Shown one piece after another: positions 49,113 to 58,532 of a stretch of DNA of 64,000 nucleotides. Each line of letters starts with the position of its first letter. Within the stretch, counting starts at the first letter, position 1. The notes beneath the pieces were generated by a model that was given only the letters and a program-made list of their open reading frames with translations, made no database searches and was not told the origin of the DNA. The position numbers and the translations under genes were made by a program. This DNA comes from an uncultured Gammaproteobacteria bacterium (GTDB lineage: Bacteria > Patescibacteriota > Patescibacteriia > SBBC01 > CAIJZX01). Location: contig CAYLHT010000004.1 of the NCBI GenBank assembly GCA_964383765.1, forward strand, positions 3,539-67,538, written 5' to 3'.

Positions 49113-50817
49113 CGAGCTCAAAGGCGTCAGCCAGTTCGGCTTTCACATGGGTAACACCATGGCCAGCATCGCGGCCGAGTATCCGCTCCTGCACGACGTC
49201 ATCAAGGAGTGTGTCCAGAATGCACTGGACGAGGACGCTCGACAGATCACGATCGTCGTCAACCTGCGCACGCGGCGGGCGGCGGTGCGTGACGATGGGA
49301 ACGGCTGCAACCAGTCCAAGTTCGACGCGGCGCTGCTCCAGATCAATCAGTCGTCCAAGCTCAAGAAGCGGTTGAAGCTCGGCCGTTTCGGCAAGGGTTT
49401 GATCTCGCCGTTCGGCAAGGGCAAGTACTTCACGTTCACGTCGTGCCCCAAGGGCCGCAACCGCGACTACATCGAGTGGATGTTCGACACCGATGAGATT
49501 ACGCATCAGGCGCGGACCAACACCATTCCGTTCCGGAAGCGCACCGAGCTGATTCGCGGCCTGGAAGGCATCCCGCCCAAGGGGTGTGCTCTCCGGTGGT
49601 GGTCGACCGAAGTGGCGATCGAAGAGATCACCGAAGACCGGGTCATCAGCAAGGTCAACGGTGAGAGCCTCGTGTTCGACATCCTCAAGACCTTCGGCCT
49701 GGCGATGCGGTTGAAGCAGACCGAGATCCAGATCAAGGTGATCAACGAGGATGGTCGGGACTTCGAGCGGACGTTCACCGCCGACGAGCCCACCGGCCAG
49801 CCTCTGCCGGTGGTGGAGTTGGCGGACAAGGACGCCGGCATGGTCACCTTCCGACTGGCCGTCGCTCGGAAAACCGAGCAGGGTCGGCGCGGCGTGGTCT
49901 CGGTCGGCGAGACCGATGACCTCTACCGTTTCCGATTCTCGAATCTGCGGATGCAGGCGAACGAGTGGTTGCCCAAGGAGGCCTTCGACGCGCTGACGTC
50001 CGGGTTCTTCGAGGGTGAGATCACGGCCACTGGGGTCGAGCTGCAAGCCTCGCGCAAGAGCTTCAAGCCCGGCAACGCGGTGGTCGGGTTCTGCGCGGCG
50101 CTCGAGGAGTGGTACAAGAAGCACGGCGACGCGATCTTCACGGACTTGCGCGAAGAGCGTAAGGACGAGGAGTTCGTGGATTCGGCCCAGCGTTGCTTCA
50201 GTGTGCTGAAGGGTATGCTGGGGCTGCCGCAGTTCCGACACCTGAATGAGGTGTTGGATGCGGCCAAGTTGGGAACCATCGGTCCTGGGCACAGTCGCAA
50301 GGGTAAGCACATCATCGGTCAGCAACCGGTCGGGGCCTACGCTCACAGTTCCGAGCACCGGGCCGCGCCGGGTGAGTCGACGCGGGAGCGGGGGGAGCCG
50401 CGGCATGATCTGCCCAAGCATCACCCCTTCTCAGTCCTGAGCGAGAGTGGGCGCAAGCGGTCGATCGTTTCTGATGACAGTCTCGGCCTGCAGATCGTGG
50501 CCGTCGAACTGGACCAGGAGACGTTCTGGGAATACGACCCAACCTGCGGGCTGCTGAGCATCAACCATCTCTACGGCGCCTGGCGCCAGGTGGAGAAGGA
50601 TGCGCGGATGCGAGATCGTCTGATGCTGTTCGCCGCGGTCCAGGCGCTCTCGCTGCATTCCATGCCGGATGATTACCAGACGACCCAGCGCCTGGTGCTC
50701 AACGCCATGGTCGACCCGTATACGTTCACCCTCGTCAACGCCGAAGCCCTGTCGGGGCGGCGACGCGGACGGAGTGAACCGAAGCGGGCGGTGGCCCAGA
50801 TCAAGCGTAAGGCTTGA
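49102..50817 (+). CDS. GHKL (MORC/Hsp90/MutL-like) ATPase domain protein
   Basis: Bergerat-fold motifs KECVQNALD, VRDDGNGC, GRFGKG; GTG start after AAGGAGG, overlapping the upstream ORF. Confidence 0.8.
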   Translation: MGDNELKGVSQFGFHMGNTMASIAAEYPLLHDVIKECVQNALDEDARQITIVVNLRTRRAAVRDDGNGCNQSKFDAALLQINQSSKLKKRLKLGRFGKGLISPFGKGKYFTFTSCPKGRNRDYIEWMFDTDEITHQARTNTIPFRKRTELIRGLEGIPPKGCALRWWSTEVAIEEITEDRVISKVNGESLVFDILKTFGLAMRLKQTEIQIKVINEDGRDFERTFTADEPTGQPLPVVELADKDAGMVTFRLAVARKTEQGRRGVVSVGETDDLYRFRFSNLRMQANEWLPKEAFDALTSGFFEGEITATGVELQASRKSFKPGNAVVGFCAALEEWYKKHGDAIFTDLREERKDEEFVDSAQRCFSVLKGMLGLPQFRHLNEVLDAAKLGTIGPGHSRKGKHIIGQQPVGAYAHSSEHRAAPGESTRERGEPRHDLPKHHPFSVLSESGRKRSIVSDDSLGLQIVAVELDQETFWEYDPTCGLLSINHLYGAWRQVEKDARMRDRLMLFAAVQALSLHSMPDDYQTTQRLVLNAMVDPYTFTLVNAEALSGRRRGRSEPKRAVAQIKRKA

Positions 50818-50839
50818 TCGCGAGCTACGTTCGAACCTT

Positions 50840-50872
50840 CCCCCGAGGTGTTTCTCGCCTCGGGGGGTTTTT
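50840..50872 (+). terminator. Intrinsic terminator after the GHKL gene
   Basis: CCCCCGAGG...CCTCGGGGG followed by TTTTT. Confidence 0.75.
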
Positions 50873-50969
50873 CTTATTCGGATTCTTGACACGGGCGGTA
50901 AGCTGTGATAAGTCTGTGGCGCAGTCATCGCTCGTTGTCAAACCCTCAACCCACAGGAGGTGGTCTTCA

Positions 50970-51248
50970 ACGACCCGTAAGAAAGCGACACCCCCGGAGG
51001 GACCTGGGATTCGAGCCACCATTGCGGCAGTTCACCCAGAGTACCTGGTCCTCTACCCTGAGGACCGCTCACTCCTCCCGGCCGGCGAGAACATCACCTG
51101 TTCCCGTCGCAACTGGCGAGGACGACGCCCACCGGAGAAAGGGCAGGTCGTCATGCTGTCCGAAATCCTCCGGTACGCTAAAGGCTGGCGAACGCGATCC
51201 GCGCGTCCCGTCACCTTGGCAGACACAAGACCCAAGACGAAAGGGTAA
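50970..51248 (+). CDS. Small basic OB-fold-like protein (start uncertain; ACG after GGAGG)
   Basis: ATIAAVH..YLVL...ITCS...W....PEKGQVVML.....KGWR...ARP beta-barrel pattern. Confidence 0.5.
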   Translation, partial: TTRKKATPPEGPGIRATIAAVHPEYLVLYPEDRSLLPAGENITCSRRNWRGRRPPEKGQVVMLSEILRYAKGWRTRSARPVTLADTRPKTKG

Positions 51249-51251
51249 CTC

Positions 51252-52073
51252 ATGGCTCCGAAAGCCAAAACCGCCGTGCTGTCGTTCAAGCAGATCACCG
51301 TTCCGTTCTTCGTTCGCCGCGGACTCGACCAGTCCCGGGTGGACTACTTCGTCAACCTGTACCGGTCCGGCGGAGACGTCGAACCGATCCTGGTCAACCG
51401 GAAGGGCGAGCTGATCGAGGGCCGGCATCGCCTCAAGGCCCAGGAGGTGCTCAAGCGCAACAAGGTGACGTGCATGGTCACCGATATCACCGACCGGGCC
51501 AAGATGATCGAGCTCGCGATGCAAGCCAATTCCGGCGGCGCCAAGCCGATGTCGGAAGAGGACTACATCTACAGCGCGACGCATCTGCTCGAGCTGAACC
51601 GGCCCTACCGACAGGTGGTCAAGAGCCTGATCGGCATGGGCTTGCCCGACCAGTACGCCCGTCGGCTGGTGTCGAACGCCAGGGCCAACATCGGCAAGGC
51701 CAAGATGCGGGCGGCCGCCGAGGACGTGGTCGATCGCGATGTGCCGATCGCCGAGGCTGCCAAGAAGCACGGGGTGGAGGTGACCAGCCTGCGGTCGTCG
51801 CTCCGCAGCCGGGGTCGGGCAGCCACCAAGACCGATCGCCCGGCGACGATCAACTCCCTGCTCAGCAAGCGGTTCAAGGCGTTGTCGAGCAGTAATGGTC
51901 GCCTGCTCCAGGGCCTGTTCCGGTCCTACGAGGACGGCGACGTCAGCGAGAAGACGATCAAGGCCGCCCTGACGAAGATGAAGGAGCTGCACGTCAAGCT
52001 GGGCGTGGTCATCGATGACCACGAGAACCGCTTCGCGAAGCTGTCCGGTCGCCGGATGCGGCGGTCGGCCTAG
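51252..52073 (+). CDS. ParB/Srx N-terminal domain protein with C-terminal HTH-like region
   Basis: PILVN...LIEGRHRLKA, A...N motif; IAEAAKKHGVEVTSL HTH-like. Confidence 0.8.
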   Translation: MAPKAKTAVLSFKQITVPFFVRRGLDQSRVDYFVNLYRSGGDVEPILVNRKGELIEGRHRLKAQEVLKRNKVTCMVTDITDRAKMIELAMQANSGGAKPMSEEDYIYSATHLLELNRPYRQVVKSLIGMGLPDQYARRLVSNARANIGKAKMRAAAEDVVDRDVPIAEAAKKHGVEVTSLRSSLRSRGRAATKTDRPATINSLLSKRFKALSSSNGRLLQGLFRSYEDGDVSEKTIKAALTKMKELHVKLGVVIDDHENRFAKLSGRRMRRSA

Positions 52074-52083
52074 CAGTGCAACA

Positions 52084-52118
52084 CCCCCCCGATGGAAACG
52101 TCGGGGATTTTTATTTTA
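52084..52118 (+). terminator. Intrinsic terminator after the ParB-like gene
   Basis: CCCCGAT...GTCGGGG followed by a T-rich tract. Confidence 0.7.
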
Positions 52119-52545
52119 CTGGAGTCAGCGCGACTGCTACCTGACGCACCCAACTATACAAATGCTGACTTGTTGCGCCGAGACCGGTGATTTGAACGTC
52201 AACAATTCCATCATCAGTCGTGCTCGGGACTCCGGCGACTTCAACTGATTCATTCGCCGCTAGAACTTCAAGCCGCTGCGGTCCATCAGTGTTTCGATAA
52301 AATTCTAACACCACAATTTCTCGCCGCTGCCCGCGATGAAGCCAAGAAAACTTTATATCCATTTCGGTCAAGGTATCCGGACCGAGGTTACGAAGTTCGA
52401 CCCGAATGTTCTCACCCCGCTGAATCTTCGACACCACAACATTCGGTCCCTGCTGTTGCTCATTCCGACGTTGATACCGATAGAAGAGCCACTGACCGAT
52501 CAGACCCAGTCCGGCACCGAAGATTAAGAGTCCGAGGTCACGCAT
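52111..52545 (-). CDS. Hypothetical membrane-anchored protein
   Basis: N-terminal TM helix and beta-rich domain; TATACT 6 nt upstream. Confidence 0.6.
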   Translation of the reverse strand: MRDLGLLIFGAGLGLIGQWLFYRYQRRNEQQQGPNVVVSKIQRGENIRVELRNLGPDTLTEMDIKFSWLHRGQRREIVVLEFYRNTDGPQRLEVLAANESVEVAGVPSTTDDGIVDVQITGLGATSQHLYSWVRQVAVALTPVK

Positions 52546-52664
52546 AAGAAAAGTATAGCATGTTCTTCTTCACAGCCTGTCCACCAGGGCAGCTAGTGTT
52601 TGTCATTGATCACTTGTATACTGACCACCTGAATCGTTATCAGTCGTGAAAGGAGGTGATCGAC

Positions 52665-52859
52665 ATGGACGATATGCAAGAGATGATGGATCATCTCAAG
52701 TCGCACATGACGTATCCGGCAACCAAACAGGATATCTGGAATGCCTGCAATACGATGTCACACGTCCCAGAAGAACACCGTAAGATGTTCATGGACAAGG
52801 TCCCGGACGGCACGTATAACAGCGCAGAGGAAGTCATGCAAGCGGCCGGGATGATGTAA
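52665..52859 (+). CDS. DUF2795-like small protein
   Basis: YPATKQDI...VPDGTYNSAEEV; AAGGAGGT RBS; hairpin ACCACCCCCG/CGGGGGTGGT downstream. Confidence 0.7.
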   Translation: MDDMQEMMDHLKSHMTYPATKQDIWNACNTMSHVPEEHRKMFMDKVPDGTYNSAEEVMQAAGMM

Positions 52860-52945
52860 GGTGTTGATGTCAAACCACCCCCGTAGATTCGGGGGTGGTG
52901 TTGTGTGTTGAATTGCTTATTCCGGACGGGTCGAACCTTTAGCCG

Positions 52946-55900
52946 CTAGCCAAATATCTGCCTAGCATGTTCGACGTCATCAACCCCCACCGACCAATCT
53001 AACCAGACCACCCGTAAATCGTTGACTGGGGCAGGCGGGGTCGTGTCAGGGGAGATAACGGGGTTGTTCACAATCATCACGACGGTCGGGGAAAAGGCGG
53101 AGTTCCCGGCGTTGTCGCGGGCAAGGGCGGTCAGGTCATAGGTACCGTTGGGAACTGAGTTGCTATCCCAGGAGTATACTAACTGTCCCGACCCAAGAAT
53201 TTTTTGTGAGATGGGTTCACCATTCAGGAAAAATTGAGTGTCTTTCACCCCGCTCGTGCCGAAATCGAAGACCGAGATTCTGAAAGAGACGATGCCGCTT
53301 ACTTGCGTTCGGTCGGTCGGAGAGTAAATGGTTGCAATCGGAGGATCGGTATCAATATTCCCGACATTGTTCACGGTTACAGAAATTGCACTCGAGGTAG
53401 TCGTGTTTGTACCATCGGTAGCGGAGGCGGTCAGCGTGTGTGTTCCATTTGAAAATGGGGTCGTATCCCAGTACTGAACATACGGGGAAGCGGTCAAGGT
53501 TGAGCCTAGTGGCTGGCCATCGACGTACACTTGGACCCCGGTCACGAGGCTATTATCGGCGGCGGTCAATCCGACAGCAACGGTGCCGCCGACGGTTGAG
53601 CCATTCGTCGGGGTAGTGATGCTGATCGTCGGCGGCTCTGTGTCGCCATTCGGATCAACCAAAACTCCATCCGAGGATTGGGTTGGGCCAATATTGCCAG
53701 CTGCATCAACGGTTCGAACGGAAACGTAATAGTGCCGACCCGACGTCAGGGTCAAGTTGTTCAAACTCACTCGCGTATCGATCAAGGCTTGAAAGGACTG
53801 GACGTCAGTTCCGCCCGGTGTCGTCCCGATCGCATACTGATACGTCACGCCAGACGCATCATTGACGACTTGCCAGTTCGCGGACAGGTTGGTCAGACTG
53901 TTTTGGACATCAATATCAGCTCCAGTCCCATCGTTCACAAATCCGGTCGCCGGGGGCGAAGTATCATCGACCAACACGCCACTCGACGTCGCCCGCGGAC
54001 CAGCCACCCCATTCAGACCGACCGAACGAACGGAAAAATAGTAGTGCTGACCCTCCACCAGGGCTAAGCCAGTCCGACTGGCATAGATGTTTTTTCCGAC
54101 GTCAGTATACCCCACCACATTCGTCGCGCCGGCCGTCGTACCGATGGCGTATTGGTAATGATCAAGCGTCGCCAGGTCCGGCGAATCACACCAGAAAGCG
54201 GTTAAGACTGATGGCGAATTGGTGGCCGAGTTTTCCGCGCCCCCGACCACGCCATCCAGCACACAATCCGGCGGCAAGGGGCGGCTGCCGGTCGTCAGCG
54301 GACCGGCCGGAGCTGGAGGAGTTGTATCGATAGTGACGCCGTCGGACCAGGTCATATAACTTGCGTTGCCGGCTATATCGATTGCCTGCACTCCAATCAA
54401 ATAGGTCGTCCCGGGTGTCATGGTTAAACCGGTTTGTGAAAACGACGTCTGAAGTCCGTTATCAGTTAGCGGGATGAGGTTGATGCCATCCGGCGTATCA
54501 ACTTCATATTTGTATTTAGCCACCCCAGTGCCATCATCAGTCACCGCATCCCAATTCCCCGCCAGCGAAGTCGTATCAGTTTGAACATCAATATCTTGGC
54601 CGGGTCCATCGTTGACGATGGCCGGGGCCAGCGGCGGGATGGTATCAAAATTCGGCGACGTCACGGTCACGCTCAGGCTGGTCGGCGTGGTTGAGTTGAC
54701 CGTGATGGTTGATCCATTCTTCGGATCAGTCAAGGACTGTCCCGGTTTCAACACCGAATCGACTTGAGTATTCGTCGGTTGTGGCGAAGCATCCAGTAAG
54801 TACGTATAGATGCCATTCGTGTCTAGAATCAGTGCTCCACCGAAGACCGCAGATAACCGGGGATCGCTCGCTGAGAACATCTGCCCATCAGTATTCAGAG
54901 TCACCCCGTCGGCCTGATACGGTTGCCGATATTCAACCGTGGTGTATTCGTTTTGGTCACGCTGAATTCGTAACAGTTTGGTTCCTGCTCCGGCTTGGTC
55001 GACTGGAGTGAGGGTCACGGTCTGACCCGGAGCATGGTTGTTGATGGTGATTGATTGGCCAGGAATCCAACCGGCCAAGTCTTTGCGTTCAGCACTAAAA
55101 TGTCCTTGGTCATAAATCTCATAAAACGGATCATAAATTTGCCCGCCCATCACATCGTAGGGATTTCCGTACTCGACATTCTGGCAAGTTGAATCGTAAA
55201 ACGTTGTGCCGGCCGGACACGATGTCCAACTCGCATGCCCACCGCCAACCAGGGTATGCCCAAGTTCGTGGTTCCAGATGTACTGAATTCGTTGTGAAGT
55301 TTTTGGCAGTTTCACCCAGATCGTATACATCGGAATCGTGCCTTCGTTAGTCGTGTAGTTGATTTGCCACGGCCAAGCCAACCCATCCCAGGCGCAAGAT
55401 TGATCCGTGGTTTCGTCCGGGTAGGCCTTGTACGGAACCAGGATGGCCAGGGTTTGATTTGCCAGTTGGCTGAAGTCGACATCAGGGTCAGCTTGGGTCA
55501 CCAACTGCTGGGCAAATTGCATGTAGGGGCAGGTATTACCCCGCGCCACCGGCACCTCGTACCAATCCCGATTGGTAAACTGCCATTGGTACTGCCCATA
55601 GGAATTGTCCGCGTAATAAGAATTGACGGTATTGGAAATTGTTTGCAGCGTTGAAAAATTTGGGGACCGAACGTCCGTGTTGTTGAAGTCGCCCATCAGC
55701 GTCAAGACTTTGGCGTGGCTTGCGGCTAGTGTTTGGGGCGAAGAAATGACGGATGTGATCGTTGGAGCTGAGGAAGGGCTGGTCTCAGTTTTTACGAGAA
55801 AGGCATCGTCTAGGGTGTAGCCATCAACTTGAAAGGTTGCTCCTGGTGTGATCACTGTCTTCGACCCTTCGACCCCATACACAGTGTATGTTTGATTCCG

Positions 55901-56416
55901 AGTTCGTAATAACAATTCATTCATTCCAGGCTGCTTGTCATCAACCAGATCTCCGTGCAGAGCGTGGATCTGTCCTTGGACTTTGGCTGCCTGCTCAACA
56001 CAGCCTCGACTAACGGCGGCTAATTTTCTCTCCTGGGCCGACCCGAACACCAATTTCTGGGCCGCTACCGGATCGCTCGACATCAAATCCCGCAGCGCTT
56101 GTTTCCGAGCTTGAGCGGCGTGTTGCAGCGCTCCGCGTTTGAATATTTTTCCGGCCCCAGCGGTTTCATAATCCGCGCGAGCCTCGAGAACTTGCTGGTT
56201 GAGGGTTTGTACTTGGCTCTCAGATAACGAGCGGGACGAGTTTGTCGAGCTGACCGATGAACATGTGACTGCGGTCAGATCTGGCACCACCGAAAAGGCC
56301 ATCCCGATAACCCCCAATCCGATGCCGAGAGAAAGCAAAATCACGGCCACTTCGGTTTTCTCGAGAACCGGAACCTGGATGGCTGTTTCGATTGTGGGTC
56401 GTTTCTGTTTGGCCAT
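52946..56416 (-). CDS. Large surface metalloprotease (M6/M11-like) with FN3- and bacterial Ig-like domains
   Basis: N-terminal TM helix; HELGHTLVGGGH, EYGNPYDVMG, VEYRQP; repeated DTTPP...YQYAIGTT..YYVSVR and WDTT..NGTHTLTASATD. Confidence 0.8.
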   Translation of the reverse strand: MAKQKRPTIETAIQVPVLEKTEVAVILLSLGIGLGVIGMAFSVVPDLTAVTCSSVSSTNSSRSLSESQVQTLNQQVLEARADYETAGAGKIFKRGALQHAAQARKQALRDLMSSDPVAAQKLVFGSAQERKLAAVSRGCVEQAAKVQGQIHALHGDLVDDKQPGMNELLLRTRNQTYTVYGVEGSKTVITPGATFQVDGYTLDDAFLVKTETSPSSAPTITSVISSPQTLAASHAKVLTLMGDFNNTDVRSPNFSTLQTISNTVNSYYADNSYGQYQWQFTNRDWYEVPVARGNTCPYMQFAQQLVTQADPDVDFSQLANQTLAILVPYKAYPDETTDQSCAWDGLAWPWQINYTTNEGTIPMYTIWVKLPKTSQRIQYIWNHELGHTLVGGGHASWTSCPAGTTFYDSTCQNVEYGNPYDVMGGQIYDPFYEIYDQGHFSAERKDLAGWIPGQSITINNHAPGQTVTLTPVDQAGAGTKLLRIQRDQNEYTTVEYRQPYQADGVTLNTDGQMFSASDPRLSAVFGGALILDTNGIYTYLLDASPQPTNTQVDSVLKPGQSLTDPKNGSTITVNSTTPTSLSVTVTSPNFDTIPPLAPAIVNDGPGQDIDVQTDTTSLAGNWDAVTDDGTGVAKYKYEVDTPDGINLIPLTDNGLQTSFSQTGLTMTPGTTYLIGVQAIDIAGNASYMTWSDGVTIDTTPPAPAGPLTTGSRPLPPDCVLDGVVGGAENSATNSPSVLTAFWCDSPDLATLDHYQYAIGTTAGATNVVGYTDVGKNIYASRTGLALVEGQHYYFSVRSVGLNGVAGPRATSSGVLVDDTSPPATGFVNDGTGADIDVQNSLTNLSANWQVVNDASGVTYQYAIGTTPGGTDVQSFQALIDTRVSLNNLTLTSGRHYYVSVRTVDAAGNIGPTQSSDGVLVDPNGDTEPPTISITTPTNGSTVGGTVAVGLTAADNSLVTGVQVYVDGQPLGSTLTASPYVQYWDTTPFSNGTHTLTASATDGTNTTTSSAISVTVNNVGNIDTDPPIATIYSPTDRTQVSGIVSFRISVFDFGTSGVKDTQFFLNGEPISQKILGSGQLVYSWDSNSVPNGTYDLTALARDNAGNSAFSPTVVMIVNNPVISPDTTPPAPVNDLRVVWLDWSVGVDDVEHARQIFG

Positions 56417-56648
56417 GATTTTCATTCCACGAGGTGGATTTTTTTCTCCGACCAATCTTTATTGGGTTAGTCTATAGTGTACCACGACTACGGAGATCAC
56501 ATGAATTCGGTGTCGTCTTGGTCAGAACAGAATCATGGGGTCATCCCCGGGCTGGGATGATGCAAGAAAAAATCACCACCGACTCACCTGAGGCATAGTG
56601 GGTTGAAATACTTGTCAACCCGACCGCTTATCAATTATGATTGTCGTC

Positions 56649-56724
56649 CGGGGTATGGCGCAGTTGGTAGCGCGCATGCATGGGGTGCATGAGGCCGTGG
56701 GTTCGAGTCCCGCTACCCCGACCA
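56649..56724 (+). tRNA. tRNA-Pro(GGG), CCA encoded
   Basis: CGGGGTA/TACCCCG acceptor stem, anticodon arm CATGC-ATGGGGT-GCATG, GGTTCGAGTCC. Confidence 0.96.
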
Positions 56725-56727
56725 CAG

Positions 56728-57090
56728 CTACTGATACTGTTTATCTTTGCCCCCTAGGTACAGATTAGTGTGCTTTGATTTGACGTCTTTGACCGGGAAG
56801 CGGGATTCATTCTTTTTAATCACGTTATCTATTGCCCGATCAATGTCGATATCCGAGCCGTTGGCTAACAGCGCGAGAAACCAGTAAATATCTCCGATGT
56901 TATCCTCTATTTCCTGTGCATGTTCTCGCATAACTTTTTCAAGCACTGCTGGATCCTGTTCCCACTTCACCACATTTCGAATTTCACCAATTTCTTCAAC
57001 AATGCCCAGCAGCAGATCTTTTGGATTGTGGAATTGTTTCCAATCTCGAGCTTGGGCAAAATTTTGAATCCGCTGTTGAAAGGTATTCAT
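56728..57090 (-). CDS. MazG-like nucleotide pyrophosphohydrolase (dCTPase-like)
   Basis: FAQARDWKQFHNPKDL...EEIGE, IGDI, KKNESRFP. Confidence 0.88.
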   Translation of the reverse strand: MNTFQQRIQNFAQARDWKQFHNPKDLLLGIVEEIGEIRNVVKWEQDPAVLEKVMREHAQEIEDNIGDIYWFLALLANGSDIDIDRAIDNVIKKNESRFPVKDVKSKHTNLYLGGKDKQYQ

Positions 57091-57164
57091 AGTTTAGAAA
57101 AGAATTATTGAATTCAATATTTCGTCCTGGGCTCGCCTGTTCCTTCGAAACATGGCTCGCCCGC

Positions 57165-57238
57165 TTAGGCCGAACGCGCATGAAGCATCCTTCGACTTCG
57201 CTCAGGAGAGCGTTCATGCGCTACTCCGTCCGGCCTAA
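57165..57238. repeat. Palindromic repeat with CCTTCGACTTCGCTCAGG core
   Basis: TTAGGCCG...CGCATGAA...TTCATGCG...CGGCCTAA nested inverted repeat. Confidence 0.6.
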
Positions 57239-57457
57239 ACCCCCAGCTCACCGCGTCCTTTACGATCGTAAGCGGGCTTGATTCCCAACGCCGAACTTGG
57301 CGAGGGACTGCTGCGGAACGATTCCGGCACTCACGTGAAGCACCCGAGCGTTGAGAAGCAGTGTGTTGGCCGCTGGGTCAGTTAGAGTCGGATCCCACGG
57401 GACCCGGCGATTCAACCGCCCAAGGACAGTGTATAGAACAACGATGAGACTGGGGAC
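57239..57457 (-). ncRNA. Candidate 6S-like structured RNA (~220 nt)
   Basis: 5' CCCCAG-CUCAUCG-UGUUCU pairs with 3' AGGACG-CGGUGAG-CUGGGG (G-U on the - strand); central bubble; promoter TTGCGG-17-TATCCT. Confidence 0.55.
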
Positions 57458-57507
57458 GCCCTGAGGATACAAAATTTTGTCTTTTTCCGCAAGAAAAAGC
57501 CGCCGTG

Positions 57508-58077
57508 TTACTGGCGGAAGGTCCTGATGTAGGTCCAGATCATTTTCACCAAAGTGCGTTTCGAGTGATCGAGGGTGCTAATGACCGCTAGATCGTCGCC
57601 GAGAACGTCCTGACGTTCGTAGCGAGTCACCATCCGCTTGACGACTGCCCGAAAGTTGAGGTAATAGGCCGGGGACAACATACCCGCCATGATCACGAGG
57701 TGGTGGAGAAGGTACAAGCTGACCAATCCCACCAGCATGAAGATCAGACCAAGAGACCAAGCCGGAGTATTCGGCATCCAGTGTTGGATTTGGGACGCGA
57801 GCAGTTTCGGCAGGACCAGCACGATCACGATCAAGCTGCCGTTGAAACTCAGGTGATCGAGCCGCTTATCCAAGACTTCAAGGTCCGTTACATCATCCAG
57901 GAGTTTGACCAGTCGTTCCCGCTCTTCATACGACCGATCTTCTTGGTCGATTGAGAAGGCGAGGCTGAGGTCACGGACGATGGTGTACGTCATCCACCAT
58001 GGTGGCGGCCACCGCTTGTTACGATATTCAAGCACGAAGTAACTGACGTGTTTCGGAAACCGGTACGGTTGCGGCAT
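57508..58077 (-). CDS. Hypothetical membrane protein
   Basis: Two TM helices; GGAGGT RBS. Confidence 0.65.
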   Translation of the reverse strand: MPQPYRFPKHVSYFVLEYRNKRWPPPWWMTYTIVRDLSLAFSIDQEDRSYEERERLVKLLDDVTDLEVLDKRLDHLSFNGSLIVIVLVLPKLLASQIQHWMPNTPAWSLGLIFMLVGLVSLYLLHHLVIMAGMLSPAYYLNFRAVVKRMVTRYERQDVLGDDLAVISTLDHSKRTLVKMIWTYIRTFRQ

Positions 58078-58188
58078 GATCACCTCCCTAGGGTCAAGGT
58101 GCGACGGTCGGTCAGACCTTATCTACTTTTTCCACTCAGGTCAAGACAGAAAGAACGCCCATGGTTAACCCAAGGACGTCCGCTCAAA

Positions 58189-58407
58189 CTAGTGCCCCAG
58201 CTGGGGCAGAAGGTGCGCCGCACCACTCAGTACAATCCCCAGTCCGAAGACCAAGGGAAGTAATGCGAGTGGTCCGAACCGACGTCCGGAAAATGCGACG
58301 AGCACGAGCACGCCTCCGATGACCATCATCCCATACGACTGGGTGAACGCCAGAATTGGCGCGAGGTAGGAAGCCGTTTCTATCGTGACTGGGCCGATAT
58401 GCAGCAT
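58189..58407 (-). CDS. Small hydrophobic membrane protein
   Basis: 72 aa, two TM helices; AAGGA upstream. Confidence 0.55.
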   Translation of the reverse strand: MLHIGPVTIETASYLAPILAFTQSYGMMVIGGVLVLVAFSGRRFGPLALLPLVFGLGIVLSGAAHLLPQLGH

Positions 58408-58532
58408 AGGTCCTTGGATTAGGACTGGCTAAGTATTGGTGATGTGAAGGTGCTACTCCGAAACGAAAAGGAAAGGACTCTACCTCTACCTGAAAAATCC
58501 GTCAAGGCTCTGACGGTGGAAAACTAAAGAAT

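Noticed and set aside
49039-50424. 461-aa antisense ORF (also 51069-52022, 317 aa)
   Set aside because: These are shadow ORFs of GC3-rich + strand genes, which carry the recognisable motifs and RBSs.
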